Below, in pieces: positions 24,901-39,464 of a stretch of DNA of 64,000 nucleotides (its first letter is position 1; every line of letters starts with the position of its first letter). The stretch is from Gnetum montanum (lineage: Eukaryota; Plantae; Gnetophyta). The DNA lies in NCBI GenBank assembly GCA_015680685.1, contig MNCI01002587.1:124001-188000 (forward strand), given 5' to 3'. The translations under genes were made by a program, and so were the position numbers. The notes below the pieces were generated by a model. It was not told the DNA's origin, did not search any database, and was given only the letters and a program-made list of their open reading frames with translations.

Positions 24901-25600
24901 TCCCGATTACCTGAGGTCAGAAGATTGATCCTACATTAGTTTGATGAGGGGGTTGTTGGGACTATACTTGCAGAGGTATGATGGAAGTGGACGTATCAAA
25001 TTGAATGTTGGGCATGAAGAAGGTGGGAATGGAAGTAGGTATTTCTTGTTGGGAAAATGGTGCTCAAGTGTTTGTAGATGAAGGAGGAAGCACAATTTCT
25101 TCTAGGAAAGGTTGGAATAATGGATTTGTCTGGGCGTGGGGACTAACAGTATGGTATGAATCCCCATGCTCAGATTAGGTTGCAAAATCATCCTCCTCAT
25201 CTCCACTCTGACGCTCTATTGGAGGTGGCTATAAGGCTTGACTCATCACCATGAGAAGCTAAGATATAAGTTGACGATGGTATTCAGAAAGAGGGATTAT
25301 ATCAAATGCTAAGGGGATCAACTCATGACCTCCTTTGTAAATAAGTTCATAGTTTCATTTCACTTCTCTCTCTACATGATCGATAAGAAGGTTGGCTTGA
25401 ATCTTCACACAGATGAAGTTATATTGTTCTAGTATGAGAGTTACATAAGTAGGGTCTTTTCCCTATAGCCTAAGTGACTGGCACATAGGGCCTTGGGGGT
25501 TTATCTATTCAATAATAGTTATGGGTTCCATCGCAGTCACAGGGTTCAAGGTTTCAGCCCCAAAGTTAGAGATTGGTAGTGTCATAGTGTTGATCTGGGA
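21936..25600 (-). pseudogene. gag: E2 gag-protease
   Basis: KYNGEGDPNAHL...SLMGKALDWY; zinc knuckle FCEYHQCCGHGTNYCFTLK; protease VHVDDSAATNVIP...NMILGRPWL; 5' limit approximate. Confidence 0.88.
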
Positions 25601-25609
25601 GGATTTCAT

Positions 25610-25770
25610 AGTGAGCATGAATAAACTGGGCTGGACGAGTTGAGCGTGAGTAACTGACAGCGTGAGAAAACTAACAACGTGAGCAAGCTAAGAGTGTGAC
25701 CAAGCTGACAACGTAACTGATAGTGTGAGTAACCGACAGCATGAGCAAGCTAACAACATGAGTAATTGAC
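25610..25770. repeat. ~18-bp tandem repeat of the E2 motif in the 5' leader
   Basis: agcgtgagtaactgac / agcgtgagcaagctgac units. Confidence 0.75.
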
Positions 25771-26025
25771 TTGTCAAGTTGGGGAGATGTAGGTTGAAAG
25801 TGGTGAGAGAAACTAACTATGATTGATCGATGGTGGTAGGAACGTTACTTGGAAGACTATCTATGAAGCATCTCATTTAACCAATGTGTGTATGCTATTT
25901 GGGTTCTGATGGTGGAGATGTAGAGTTTAAAGTGCTTGCTATGATGTAAGAGTTTTGTAGATTCGCAATGTCATAAGAATTTTGCAGGTTATGATCTCGA
26001 TTAATGTAAGAGTTTCGTAGGTGGT

Positions 26026-26041
26026 CCTCCTTCTAATGTCA
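26026..26041 (-). promoter_or_regulatory. E2 primer binding site, tRNA-Asn type
   Basis: tgacattagaaggagg = TGGCGCTAGAAGGAGG with three transition changes; complement of the plant tRNA-Asn(GUU) 3' end as I recall it. Confidence 0.7.
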
Positions 26042-26047
26042 ATTTAT

Positions 26048-27736
26048 TGTACTGACCGAAATCATTAGTGTAAGGCTAGAAGGAAAAAAATAAATACTAA
26101 AATATCGTCGGATGGGTACTGCTGACCCTGCCTTCACGTGAGGGCAAGCTAGAAAAGAAAATGAAGGCAGAGTGCCTTGGATGGTCTACACGCAAATCAA
26201 CCAAGGACTTCCCCGAACGTAAGCTATGGCTTGCACTGGGGTTATCATAACTGATGTTTGAAATGTAAATAGTGATGCATAAAATGCAAACAGATCGTGT
26301 ACAGAATAGTATTGTGAACAAAACATAAATTGAATGTAAAATAATGTAAATGATATTATTGAAGGAAAAAATGAACTGTATTGTATTGCTTAGAATGAAT
26401 GTGCATTGGTCAAAGCATAGCTACACGTGTGGATGGCAAGTCAAGTGTTAAGCCCTAGGGTGATGTGCTCACAGGTGCTTGGATGCTAGGAGTCATGTGT
26501 GCTCGAGCATCCAAAAGTTGCTAGTCAGTGTTTCCTAAGCTGTCAACCTTCAAAATTTTCAACCCCATTTATGTGAATGGATGGGGTATTTATAAGGTTT
26601 GGCTAGGATCAGGCATGGAGTTTCATGGTTGAGAGATGAGAGGAAAATGAATCATGTGACACGTGTTTGATGGACAATTATGTGTGAGTTGGACGTGCAT
26701 GGGTGGGCTACATTTTTGACCAGATGCACTGTATCTTACAGTGTGTGTTAGCTTACTCAAACTAGCTTATGCTCATGGAGGCACATATAATTTAGAGCAT
26801 AAGATCTTGGCAAGATTACAAATGATGAAAATTTACGATGGAAATGATAATGTACAACAACAGAGATTGACTCCGACTTTCTTAAAACTTCTTGGTCCCT
26901 GAATTGACTGCTGCAGGATGTCAATTTGAGTGGTTTTGTGGTTTTTTGAGGCATCTTTGTTTCACCAGGACTTCTACCGTGAGTTTATTTTTTCTTGGCG
27001 TGTCCTCAACATGTGTTTGGCATGCTTTTGTCTGAGCGTGATCAGTACTCACGCTGCACTCACGCTGCCAGCGTAACCTCAGCATGAGTGAGCTAAAAAT
27101 GACATATTTCACACAAAATTATGATTTTTGAAGATTATTTCTTAAGTACATCAATTGCCTAACTGTGATTGACCTTGAGAGTGATCTGAAAGTTAAAAAT
27201 TAAGCCTTGATGTGCCTTGTTTTAAACCAATTTTGGTAACTCATGCTAGACTCACGCTGCCAGCATGAGTGCAGTGTGACCATAGCATGAGCTACAAAAA
27301 CTTGCAATTTTGGATCTAAAATCTAGAATTCTAGAGGTTGGAACTTGAAGTTGTCAACACTGAACTCTGAGGATGACTTGCACCTTGGAATCAAGTCATT
27401 TTAACTCAGTTTTGAGGCTCTCAAAGTTGCTCATGCTATACTCACACTGCCAGCATGAGTGAGAAAATTTATGCCATTTGACCTAAAATTTGAACTCCCG
27501 AATGCTGAAACTTGGAGTGGACATTAGTGGCTCTTGAGGATGGCTTGCACCCTCAGATTTGGACCATTTTTTACTTGATTTTGAAGTTGTTGGAATTGCT
27601 CACGCTGAGGGCAAGCTATCTTGATAGCATGAGCAAGCTAGGTGTGAGTTCCATGTCTTAGTCAAATTTTGCCTCCTGAACACTCGAAAGGGCTTGAGTC
27701 GTTTCAAAGTGTTAGGCTGAAATTAGTGGTGTTTCA
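26048..27736 (-). repeat. E2 5' LTR (1689 bp)
   Basis: TGAAACACCACTAATT...GGTCAGTACA, followed by the PBS. Confidence 0.93.
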
Positions 27737-27995
27737 ATAAAGGTTGATGATTTTAGTAAGGAAATTAACTTAAAGGATCATCAAGAAGAGGAATTTGAGT
27801 TTAAGTCTAAACCAAAGTTAGACACCTTCATTAGAAGTCTTTTCTAATGTTCAGCTTCCCAAACAACTACACCTAACTCCATGTCTCTTCCCTCATCGGT
27901 CGGACAAGTCCCTCAGCCTAATTCCCCTCATGTCCACTCTACCATGTTTGAGTCTACATTCATTATTGTCACACACCAAGCATAATGCATGCCTC

Positions 27996-28864
27996 TAATG
28001 TGCAATGAGTATACCCTACACCCAACCATATGAATCACTAGCATTGACTAAGTGATTTAGTTGAATTGCATAAAATTTAGCTCTCTAAGTGCACGAGGTC
28101 TAGGAGGTGAATCTACAAATTGTGATCATTGTCTTCTCAATTTCACTTATGAGGAGAAGGTGTCTGGTTTAAGTGTAACTAAGGCATCTAATATTTATCA
28201 TTTTATCTTTTATTATTTTAATTTCCTAAGCACTGACAACATAATAAACTTAATATTTAATTAACCTAATTAATCTAATAACTAACCAATACTTAACTAA
28301 TCCTAACAAAAGAATTTGTTCCAACTTTCCTATACATCTTAAACATGTTGCAATGCTACTGGGTGGCCAAACATTAAGTGCTATTGGGATTACCAAGCAT
28401 TAATGTATGCTTGAAGCAGTTGTACTTATATTCACTATTTAATCAATATTAATCACTTAATTACAGTTTATTAAAGTAAAGTTCATGAATAATAAATGCA
28501 TAAGAAGACATTAATCTATTCCAAGTGTTACAAGGTTTTATAAGAAAATCTCATCTTTATTACTATTCATACTAAGGTGCTTAGGTATATCAATGCTTGA
28601 ATAAAGATCTGTACACTTCGTTGACTCATACTATAGGCACTCAAAAAATATTCTAACTTTCAAAAGAAAAAACTGCAAGAGCTTTGCTACAGCTAGCTAA
28701 AAGAGTTCCATAAATGTAGCTGGTAGGTGCACATTTATAGGTAAAAGTAGAGTGCCACATTGATGGGTACACATCAACATAGCAAACCCAATATCAATGG
28801 GATCCTGTTGATAGGGTCACATTGATGACATCCCATCGATGCAGCCCAATGACATGATTCATCA
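27996..28864 (-). repeat. E3 3' LTR
   Basis: Direct repeat of 35026-35891. Confidence 0.9.
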
Positions 28865-29109
28865 TACCCCCACAATTAAATGAAAACTCATCCTTAAGTA
28901 AACAAAGGAGGAAGAAGTTCTTTATAAAATTTTGGGAAGGTATGGGATTATTAACTAACTACAGATACACAAAAAAAAACATGACAAAAACATAAGTTTC
29001 CATGTAGATTTACAATCATTACAAATATTGGTATTTTGGATAACAACATTGAACACCATGACAAGAAATGATAACAAAACTCCTTAGATGACCTAAATAT
29101 GATGAAAAA

Positions 29110-30676
29110 AATCAAATGGTCCAAGGCAATGAAGGCTCCTAAGGCTTTGAAGGACCTTCTCCTACATCAGGGACATGTAATTGTTGAGGTGGTGGTTGTG
29201 GTTATTCTACTCGAATTGCAACTTCTAGTGGAAGAAGGAAGACATCCAACAATGTCTTCAACTTCTCCTTCTTACTCTAGGGATTATTCATGACCAATGT
29301 TGCTTCATAAATCTAGGCCAAAATGGGAATATTCCATAGACAGAGCATTCTGGGGACTATCTTCTTCACATTAACAAACCAGGCAGCAAACTATTTGCAT
29401 TCAATGTCAAACACCCTAAGTTCATTTTGTAACTCCTGGTAGTCATTCATTCTCTTGGCCAAGTTCTTAGCTATTGATCTTTGATTGGTGAATCTCTCCC
29501 TGAGAATGTTGAGTTCAACATTTGCAACCTCAAACTTCTACTTGGTCTCTTTGTGATGTTTGAACTCTACCTTGTACAATAAGTATGAGCTAGCCACCTA
29601 CTACTCTAGCTCTAACCATTACCTTTTGATAGTTCGCATTGCCAAGTTTGCATATCGAAGGTTTGTAAGCTTCATGTATTTAGTCACTTCCACAATATAT
29701 AACTCCTTCATGTAAATTTCAACTTTATTATATTTAGTTAACCCATCAAAGATAGGATACCAAATATCAACTCCTTGTTAAAGCTATTAGAGGGCCTCAT
29801 TGAATTTCACCTTTGTCAATTGAATGTGCTTCTCATTAATTTCTTTCAAAAATTCCACATGATCTCTGTAGTCGTTCATGATCCTCTCAAAATTGAAGGC
29901 CTCAAGATAGAATAATTGTAGAAGGTTGATATGGAATCTTCTACTTAGAGTGGTGCAAACATGGGTGGAGAAGGTTGTGACTTTGCTAGGCCTCAATGTT
30001 GGATTGAGATGAAAGGTTGCAATTTTAAAATATTCTCATTTTTTCATGGTGAGTGTACCAAACTCCTTGCAGTCCACTCCATAGCACCACTATGTCCATT
30101 ATTTCTTGATGCCTAGATATACCTACATTAGAATTTCTACTAGAGTGGCCCTAGTTTTAAGAAACCCAAAGATCTCAAAGATTACTTTCACCAAGTAGGA
30201 CATGGATATATCCTTGATTTTGATTATGGAACTAGCCTACCTATTGTTCCAAAAAATGTATGTCTCTCTCAAGTACCACTTCCCACTGGAAGTGATGATG
30301 GGCCACATGGAAGAGTTTTGTAGTTGAGTTTTGACTTCTGTATGAGCAAACTCTAAAAAGGGTCCAAAAGTTTAGCTCTTGAAGCATAGATTTCTAGATC
30401 TCCTTGGATGCAATTTTCTTTAGGTAGACCTCCATTAAGGTGACCTCAAGATTAGATCTTAACTCTCATGCCTCATCTCTGTGGGACTATTTTGTTGCAA
30501 TCGCCTCAGGAATGTATTTGAAAGATTCCACTATGGTCTCTTCCTGAATGTGTTTTGTTGCATGGATTTCTACTCCTTGGTCCTAGGGATGTTCTTAACC
30601 CCTTCTAGTTCTTGGTCATTTGTCCCTTAGTTGGGATGGTCCTCCCTCCTATGGGTACTTTCCTTTTGGTGTCATT
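29110..30676 (-). pseudogene. E3 3' accessory ('env-like' position) ORF remnant, internally deleted relative to E5
   Basis: Begins atgacaccaaaagg (MxPKR); homologous to 47420-50265; charged coiled-coil-like C-terminus. Confidence 0.6.
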
Positions 30677-33199
30677 TTTTAGCACAATAATACCAAGGAT
30701 TAGTGTGTGATGTGTAACTTATAGCCTTTAAGTACCTTATCTCATTGGGTAGTTACACTTTGGCTAAGCTATGACCATGGTATATTGATTATTTTAACAT
30801 TATTTTAATGTTCTTTAATTTAGAGGATCATCAAAGTTTGCTAGAAGGGTTTAACTTTCATGAATTGATGACTTTAATGTTAGTTAATTAGTTAAAACTT
30901 TGTGGGAGTTAGAAAATTTTTTAAAAAATTTAAGGTTTGTGGCCCTCACAATGAAGAGCTTACCCCCAGTAGCTACAAGACTAAAGAAGAAGGGTAATCA
31001 AACAAACAGTGTGAAAGTTATGAGCTCTAAAAAATGCAAAAACTCCTCCCTCATTTATGAGCAAATGTGAAAAAACTAAGTGTGTCCACCTATTTATAGG
31101 ATTTTTATGTTGTGTTGATGGGATCCTATCGATGGGATCACATCAACACAATGGCTCCATACATAGGATCCTATCGATGAGGCCTACAAATAAAAGGAGA
31201 TCAAAAAATGCCATGAACATGATGAAATAGTGGAAGAGGGATAGATTAGTCACAAAAAGGAAGTTTGAGTTGGAGAATGAATTTAAAGGAGAAGTACCAT
31301 TAAGGAGTGCATAGCTGGATGCAACCAATGGGAAATGCAAAAGTATTTGAATGCACAAATTCCTAAGGATAAAGAAGTTAACTAGCACAACCAAAAGAAA
31401 TGCAAGAGGGTCCTCCTTAAAGCAAGATCATGCCCTTTTTTTTTTACAAATCCTCAAATGAAAGATTCCATGGGCCCCATGAATGATTAATGATTGTGAA
31501 AAGTTAAGGACTAAATCCCATAAGAATCTACTTGAGAATTTTAACATGTCAAACTAAGACATTAAACAAAACATGAAAAATTGTAGTGAAATGAGGTATG
31601 GATAGCATTATTGAATGATGAGGAGAGTGGAATGGTGTTTATATTGTGGTCACATGAAATCCCTTGTGGATTTTGTGACTAAATGAGCTGATAAAGTTCA
31701 TCCTTCATCTAAATTAAAACTAACCACTTCTAATGAATTTGCATTGATACTCTAAGACAAACCCATCCCCTCAAGATATAAGAATGTTCCCACAGTATAA
31801 GGGGTGTTCTTTGAATTCCCATCATGTTTTTTTTTTTGAATTTTATATTTTTATGGATTTTTGGATGGGAACCACACCATGCAAAGACTTTAACTTCCTA
31901 TTATTGGTTGATAGTAGAACCATAAGAAATCCATGAAAACACTCATGTGCTTAAGAGAGTAGGCAAGTATAGAGAGCATCAAATCCCCTTGAAGTCATAC
32001 TCTTATCAATCCATTTAATCTTTTCCAAGCTTGAAAATTACCAAGATCAAAAGTTCATTAAAAGTTTCCTTAAGGAAGAGAACTCATATTTCCAAAACAA
32101 GGAACACCATAGAGTTTTTTGGATGGTGGATAACATGGACTCACTGCCTATTTCATGAAAGAGAAACCATGTTTTAGTTATCTATACCAAAATTCAAAGA
32201 TAGAATCTAGACATTAGTAATCAAATAACATTAAGTACAAACCACCATTAGTAAATAGCTACAAAATCACTATGTCCTATTGGGAATAAAGGAAAATAAG
32301 AAAGATATAAGAAAAACATATGGAAAACACAAGAAAAAAAAACCAAAATAAAGTAAAACATAGAAGAAATTGTAAAATATTTAAAAAATAAAAAATGTAC
32401 TAAAGATGTTGTAAAATAAAAAATGATGTAAAACAAAAAATTAAGATAGAACTTATTATTTTTTGGTTCAAGATAGGGGATCTCCCCCACAACTATATTC
32501 ATGGCTAAGACAAGAACTACTAAGTGGGTTATATGGTTTCATGCATTTTTTGAATAGTTTAGCATTCTCATTTGTGAGCCACTAGGTGTTGTTTGGTTTA
32601 GTTGCAATTTTGTAGAATTGATTTCATACACATTCTTTTTTCTTATGTTTGTTATGGGTTAATGTAGGAATTTAGTGAACACCTTAAATCTTCATCCCAC
32701 AATTGCATCCTTTCTTACTACTAGTAATGCATGGAATGTCTTGTCTCACCTCAATGATAGGTTTATCTTTTACATTTTGTGTTGGAGTGATGATTGTTGT
32801 TGTCTCTTGTGTAGGATTGGGAGACATTGTTTCCACAAGGAAGGATGTTTCACTAGATTGGTCTTGTGCTAGTTTTGATGAGCTAGTAGATCTATGCATC
32901 TTATTCGCATGAGTGGGAACTATACCAAAGAAGGAACATNTACCAACAATGTAGGAAGAAGGGACACTGCAATATCAATGAAATAATACTACTTGTGCTA
33001 TAAATATACATGAAAATAATTATGTTAGTAGATCTCCACAAAAATCTATAAAATGTTCCTTCTTTGGTATAGTTCCCACTCATGTGAATAAGATGCATAG
33101 ATCTACTAGCTCATCAAAACTAGCACAAGACCAATCTAGTGAAACATCCTTCCTTGTGGAAACAATGTCTCCCAATCCTACACAANCAATAAAGGTAGT

Positions 33200-34920
33200 G
33201 TTAGTTTGATGATGGCCTCCCCCATGATTGTGGATTTTTCCACTGTGGTTGATAGAAGGTCCTTCTAGGATAGTACTATTGGTTATAGGACTTTATATAA
33301 TTACCTTGTGGATAGGGCATTCTCCTAGAATTTTCCTTTTTCACAAACTTGGGGATCAAATTAAATGCTCCAAACTCTTGTAGATGCAACATAACTAGGC
33401 AATAGCCCTTTGGATGCTCATATTGGTAAATATCGCATCCATCATCTTCTTTTACACTTGAGTCTACAACCTCCTCCACTATAGTCATTTTTACTTTTTA
33501 TTGGTAGGTGTTCCTATCTATTTCATTGTTGTTTTTCCTCTTTTTGTTTTTATTACTTGATTCTTCTTGCACTATCTTCTCTTTTATAGTTTCTAAGTAG
33601 GTCGTAACTTTTTCATTCATTTACTCCCACATCTTATCTAGCCTTGCTTCAAGCTTCGAGATAGTTGATTGTATTAGCAAGGTCTATTGTAAAATCAACA
33701 AATTGAGAGATTCATTTTTTTTCCTTATCATACATATGGAATTCTCTTGTTTGAAGAGTTGGATCCTGGTTATATTCCTCAACACTCTTCCTTTTACATA
33801 GCTCTCCCTCTTCTTTTGCCACCTGCTCCACAAGCCCTCGTATCTAATGGGATCTCAATTCCTATAGTTTTCCTTGGGTGTAGATCCCAAGGGTCTTCCT
33901 TGTTTGGTTATGAAGCCTGCCTATGATTTTGAAAAGTTTCTCTTCTTAAGAAAACCCATGACCTAGACATCTTTGTAGAAGAGAATAGTATCTATCCAAG
34001 GTCACATCCAAAGATTCATGATTTTCTTTCTTGCATCATTGGATTTTTTTTTCTAGATTGGATACTCTCTCATAGGTTTGGTATTTTTCATTGAAAATCT
34101 CAAGCATTATGGACCATCGATGGATTGAATCTAGCTCTAAAAATCTATACCAATTTTCAGCTTCTCTATGAGTGTCCTAGGGAAGAGCTTAAGCATTTTC
34201 TAGTTACTTTCAATATTCTACAAGGTGTAGGCATTGAAAAATTCTTGTAAATGATGTTGTGGATTAGAGTTATAGCCACCCTTAAATATACAAATTTTAT
34301 TCATATCTAATCATTTGATGCAACTTTCCCTTTAATGCTTATGAGGCATTCTAACTACCTTCCAATTCTATGTCATGCTCCTAGTCACCAACAAGGGTTC
34401 ATTTCCATCAAACATGTCATCATGATAATTATCATTTCTATTTGTTTGATAGTGATGGTCTCACCTATGCACATTTTAATGTTTTTTATTTTGCTTTTAA
34501 TATTTATTTCTAGTTCCATCTTAACTCCTTAGTGTATCCTTATTTCTATACCTATGTTCATCTTCATCATAACTAGACATTAAAAAGGAAGAGAAAGATG
34601 GAGAACTAGGAGAATCACCATGGCTCTTATAGTTCTCCCAATGGTCCCTTGATGTATCCTTTCTAAATTTAGAGGAGGTCCTTGGCCTTAAGGTTCTCCT
34701 TATTCTAGGGTCAATTCCATCCCCTCTACACCAGTTGAATGTATTTCTTGCATGTAGTAGAAGTGGAAATGGGCATATGAAACACCTACATGAGGTTGTT
34801 CATTCCAACTTTCTTCAATATAGAACTTATCATTTCTCCTATGAGTGTCCTCATCATACAATGCATTATTAGTCCTATATGAAGGAGACATGCTTTCAAT
34901 TAATACAGAGTATGACATGA
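33200..34920 (-). pseudogene. gag: E3 gag remnant
   Basis: Minus strand ...FKGGYNSNPQHHLQEF...LKLFPRTL gag core; 33200-33900 homologous to E5 56300-57000. Confidence 0.65.
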
Positions 34921-35025
34921 AATACTAATATTTCTAAAAAGATAAATCATTAATACTATTCCAGTGATCATTTAGTGATTTCACTATTGTCCTAGATAGT
35001 GCACATAGCTTGGCAATGATGCCAA

Positions 35026-35891
35026 TGATGAGCAATGAGTATACCCTATGCCCAATCATACAAAACACTAGCATTCACTAAGTGATCTAGTTGAATTACA
35101 TAGACTTTAGCTATCTGAGTGCAATGGGTCTAAGAGGTGAATCTACAAATCATGATCATTATCTTCTTAGTTCCACTTGTGAGGTGCAAGTGTATGATTA
35201 AGTGTAACTAAGGCATCTAATTTTTATCATTTTATCTTTTATTATTTTAATCACCTAAGTGCTAAAAATAAAATAAATTTAATATTTAATTAACCTAATT
35301 AATCTAGAAACTAACTAATACTTAACTAATTTTAACATAAGCATTTTTTCCAACTTTTTGTACACATCCTAAACACGTTGCAATGCTACTAGGTTACCAA
35401 ACATTAGGCACTAGTAGGATTGCTAAGTGTTAATGTATGCTTGAAGTGATCATACTTTGGTTTACTATTTCATTGATATTAATCACTTGATTACAATTCA
35501 TTTAAGTAAAGTGCATGAATAATAAATGCATAAGAAAACATTATTCTATTCCAAGTGCTACAAGGTTTTATCTAGAAAAGCTTGTCTTTTTTGTCATTCA
35601 CACTAAGGTGCTTAGGTACATTAGTGCTCAAATAAAGATCCATGCACTTCTTTGACTCCTACTATGGGCACTCAAAAAATATTCTAACTTTTGAAAGGAA
35701 AAACTATAAGAGCTTCAGTACAAATAATTAAAATATTATCATAAATGCAATGGGTAGGTGAACATTTATAGCTAAAAAGGGTACACATCAACGTAGCAAA
35801 TCCTATGTCTTTGGAATCACGTCGATGAGATTCCATCATAGGTTCACATCAACAGCATCCAATCGACACATCCAAGTAACAAGATTCATTA
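35026..35891 (-). repeat. E3 5' LTR
   Basis: Direct repeat of 27996-28864; followed by the PBS on minus. Confidence 0.9.
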
Positions 35892-38850
35892 GCCTTATTT
35901 CACCTCCTTATTTCCATCAATGTCCTTTGCCACATAACCTCACTCCATTCACATAGCCTTGGTGATGTCTACTTCATCATCTTCCTTTGTTATACTAGTA
36001 GGATTCTCATTGGGACCCCAAGAAACAAAAGCATCTCATAATTCTTCCGTCCCCTTCATATCGCAAGTTCTAACTCAAACTTCTTTTTCTTTGTTTAAAC
36101 CACCTATGACAGTGATCACATGACCTCTTCCCTCTATGATAATGTTAATTTTACAACCTAAATCCTCACAAATTCCTCCTCAACCTTTAACAAAAACACC
36201 ATAGCCCATAGGGATGCCCCAATTCTTGGATCAAGCCTCTTAAAAGATCCAATACCTTACCAAAGTGCTATGAGAACTCAAGGCTAATACAACTCAGATG
36301 ATCAAGGTTCTAGACTTTTACCAAGAAGATCCTATAACCCATATGGTGCCTCAAATAATCTTATCCAGAGGTTTTCCTATTTCAAACTTCACCAAATACA
36401 ATGCTAAAGTGGATCCCAATGCACAACTAGTCACCTTCTAGTCTAAGTACCTCTTTTTGCAAGCTTGGTCACATATGATACTATGCATTTTCCTCATGTC
36501 CCTTAAAGGTAAATATCTAGATTGGTATCAAACCTTGCCTACATGTTTCTTCTCTTTCCTTAAGAACGTAATTAACCATTTTTTCAATCATTTCAAAATA
36601 AAACTTAAAGCTAAATGCCATGTTGGACCAATTGATGAAGGTGAAGTAGGAGCTACTTGAACAAATCAAAATGTTCATTCAGAGATGGAATTTAGTATTC
36701 AATGAGATTTCAAAGCCTATCTTTGAAACCCATCTCTTTCCCATCTACAAGGGAGTAATAAATGACTTTATTAAGTTAAATGTTTACTATCTAAAGCCCC
36801 AATTGCTAAGCCAAGCCTTCTCACAAACTAAGAATATCAAGGAGGTAGTTGAGGCTAGCAAATATGTAGCCTATGTGGTATACAAAAACCAATACACCAG
36901 AGGGGATAAGAATAAAACCAAGTAAGAAAGTACCACTATGGTTGTAGTAGCAAAATACTCAAAATAAGGCTAGTGGCAAGGATCAATACCTCACAACACA
37001 TCTTTTGACTCATCCTAGTCATCCACTTCTTACACTCCAAATCAACTAAGACCAAACTTTGGGTGGAAGGATAGGTATAAGTACACTACGTTTCTTATGA
37101 CGCCCTCTAAGCTCCTAGAATAGTTTCTTAAAGATGACCATATACAACATAAGCAACTATTTGAAGAGGCTTGTAAGAGGTACAATCATCTTTGTGACAT
37201 AGCCAAAGACCCAATGATAGCTACCAAAGAAGATCCCAAGCTACCAAAGTACTTTAAACTAGATAGGTATTGCCAGTATCATAAAATGGCTGGTCATGAC
37301 ACTAATTTTTTGCCTAGCATTAAAGGATGACCTTTAAAAGATGATAGACCATAAAGAGTTTGTGTTAAATGAGCCCAACACTCCAAGAGCTAATAAAAAC
37401 TCTTATATTGTAGCCTCATTCACAAAAACCAAATGGTCTAATCCTCCTAGGAATTTTTTCACCATCAAAATATCACTGCAACCCTAAAACACAAATCCTA
37501 GAGAGTCCTTTGTCATATGAGTATCATCTTCTTTGACCTCTAATAAGCCTTTCATCATACATGTTCCCCCTTTGGTATCTTCAACATCACAATGCAATCA
37601 ACAAGTTACTAATCCTTCAAAGCCTAAGAAACCATTCATTATCTGTGTCCCCGTCTCCCCCACCCCACCTTCTTCCATCTTCAACAAGTAAGAACACAAT
37701 AACTAGCGACCAAAGGCTGCCTATTGTATCCAAAAACTCATTGGTTAACAAGAAATCATCATCCCAATAGTGGCAAAAGCAACCTAGAGCCAAACCAACA
37801 AATAATCCCACTAAAGGTAGCCCACCTAAACCCACACCAAGATCAAATACATCCATAGACAAGGGGCCCAAGGCACATACATCAAAACCTAAGCTAAAAA
37901 ATCTAGGAAGGATGGAAGAAGTTAAAACTACTAAAGCTGAAGGGTCACACACCAAGAAAAATAATTTCCTTACAACAATAGAACAAGTCAAAAAGTTATT
38001 GAAACAAAATAACATGTCACAAAACTTTTATGACTTGATCATGACTTCTGCTACTCATAGAGATGCACTATCCCAAGTGCTAATCTTTATCCCTATGGGC
38101 AAAGACATGCCCACCAATAACAAATAAATTAACTTTATCATTAAGCAAGCTTTGTTTAGGGAAAACAAACATCAACCAATGCTTAACTTTTGTGATAGTG
38201 AAGTAAAGATTGAATCTACAAATAAATAAGTCCTATCCTCTCCTCTCCTTATCACCATACATGTTGGAACATACAAAGTCCATTAAGTTCATGTGGATGA
38301 TGAGACAACAACTAATGTGGTACCATTTTCTATTCTTGACAAACTAGGCTTTATTGAGAACATCCAAGAAACTACAACCTCAACACTCAAGTTATTTAAT
38401 GGATCATGAGTAGTCATGCAAGTTTCTATTTCCTTTGATTTAATAGCTAGAGAGTAGTTTTCCACATCTATCAACTTCCTAGTGGTTGAAGAGACACCTA
38501 GCTTCAACTTAATTGTAGAAAAACCATGGTTAGCTAAGGTTCATGCAATCTAATCCCCTATACATCAAGAGATTCACTTGCCCTATGAGGGAGGGGAAAT
38601 TGTCATTCATGGAGACAACATTTCACTATCTTCAACTAGCTATGTCAACATCAACCAAGGTTCAAAGATGGAGTTTTAAGAGAAAATTCATGAAACTCAA
38701 GTTGAGGCTAGATCCAACAAAACCAAAAATAATAACAATGAAGCTAAACTCATCAAAAGCAATCAACAAAAGAACCTATCAATTTCTATTTCAAAAAAGT
38801 AGCATGATGAGACTACAATCATGTAAAGAAAGCTCTTTGATTTATTAAAG
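35892..38850 (+). pseudogene. gag: E4 gag-protease remnant
   Basis: MSLKGKYLDWY, FIQRWNLVFNEISKPI, YCQYHKMAGHDTN, VHVDDETTTNVVP; colinear with E2 gag-protease. Confidence 0.88.
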
Positions 38851-39464
38851 GTCAAACAAAAAATGCATTGTAAATATATTATCCCTTCTATTGCTAAAAA
38901 AAGCTTGTTCACCTTCAAAACCTTATACCATGTTTCATGAATTGTTTTATTCCTATACGTCTTTTTAATGCTATTCCATACTTGCTAGGTAGGCATGGAC
39001 CATGGTCCACCAAGAGCAAAAATTGGCAAATCACATGGTATACCATGGTCTAAAATTGGAAAATCGCATTTCTTGTCATGGCCTAACATTATAAAAACAT
39101 CATAACTTATTTGCAATTTAGTTTACAACCATGCCACCTAGTCAATTTTTCTTCTTTATTACATTATAACCATGTAAGTTAGCAAACTCACCCTTATACC
39201 ATAATCGTAACATGAAACTGTGGAACATGAATGAAACCCTCCTTCCCTAATTCATTCACTAAACTAAGGATGAACTAGTAGTTCAAAAGGAGGAAATTTT
39301 TAACAATGCTAGGATGGTGGGAGATTAAAAAATCAAAAAAAAAATTAAATTTGGATGGGCCTTACTAGAAACCTCCCAACCAATGGGGTTTAAGGCCTAA
39401 AACCCCTCTACACTAAGGTTTAACCCATATGAAGCCTAGAAAAACATCTTTTAACTTGAAACCC

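Larger units (their letters stand above)
9506..27736 (-). mobile_element. E2: near full-length (~18 kb) Tat/Ogre-like Ty3/gypsy element
   Basis: 5' LTR, PBS, gag, protease, 6.4-kb spacer, RT-RH-aRH-INT, PPT and interrupted 3' LTR. Confidence 0.93.
27996..35891 (-). mobile_element. E3: Athila-like non-autonomous element (gag remnant + accessory ORF, no pol)
   Basis: LTR pair; TSD gcctc/gcctt; PBS tggcatcattgccaag (decayed tRNA-Asp type TGGCGCCGTTGCCGGG) at 35009-35024; PPT-like gtgggggta. Confidence 0.85.

Noticed and set aside
32807-33186. Near-perfect ~130-bp inverted repeat resembling a miRNA or hairpin precursor
   Set aside because: The segment 32941-33185 is bounded by two N characters and, once reverse-complemented, overlaps the left flank; most likely a mis-oriented contig in the assembly
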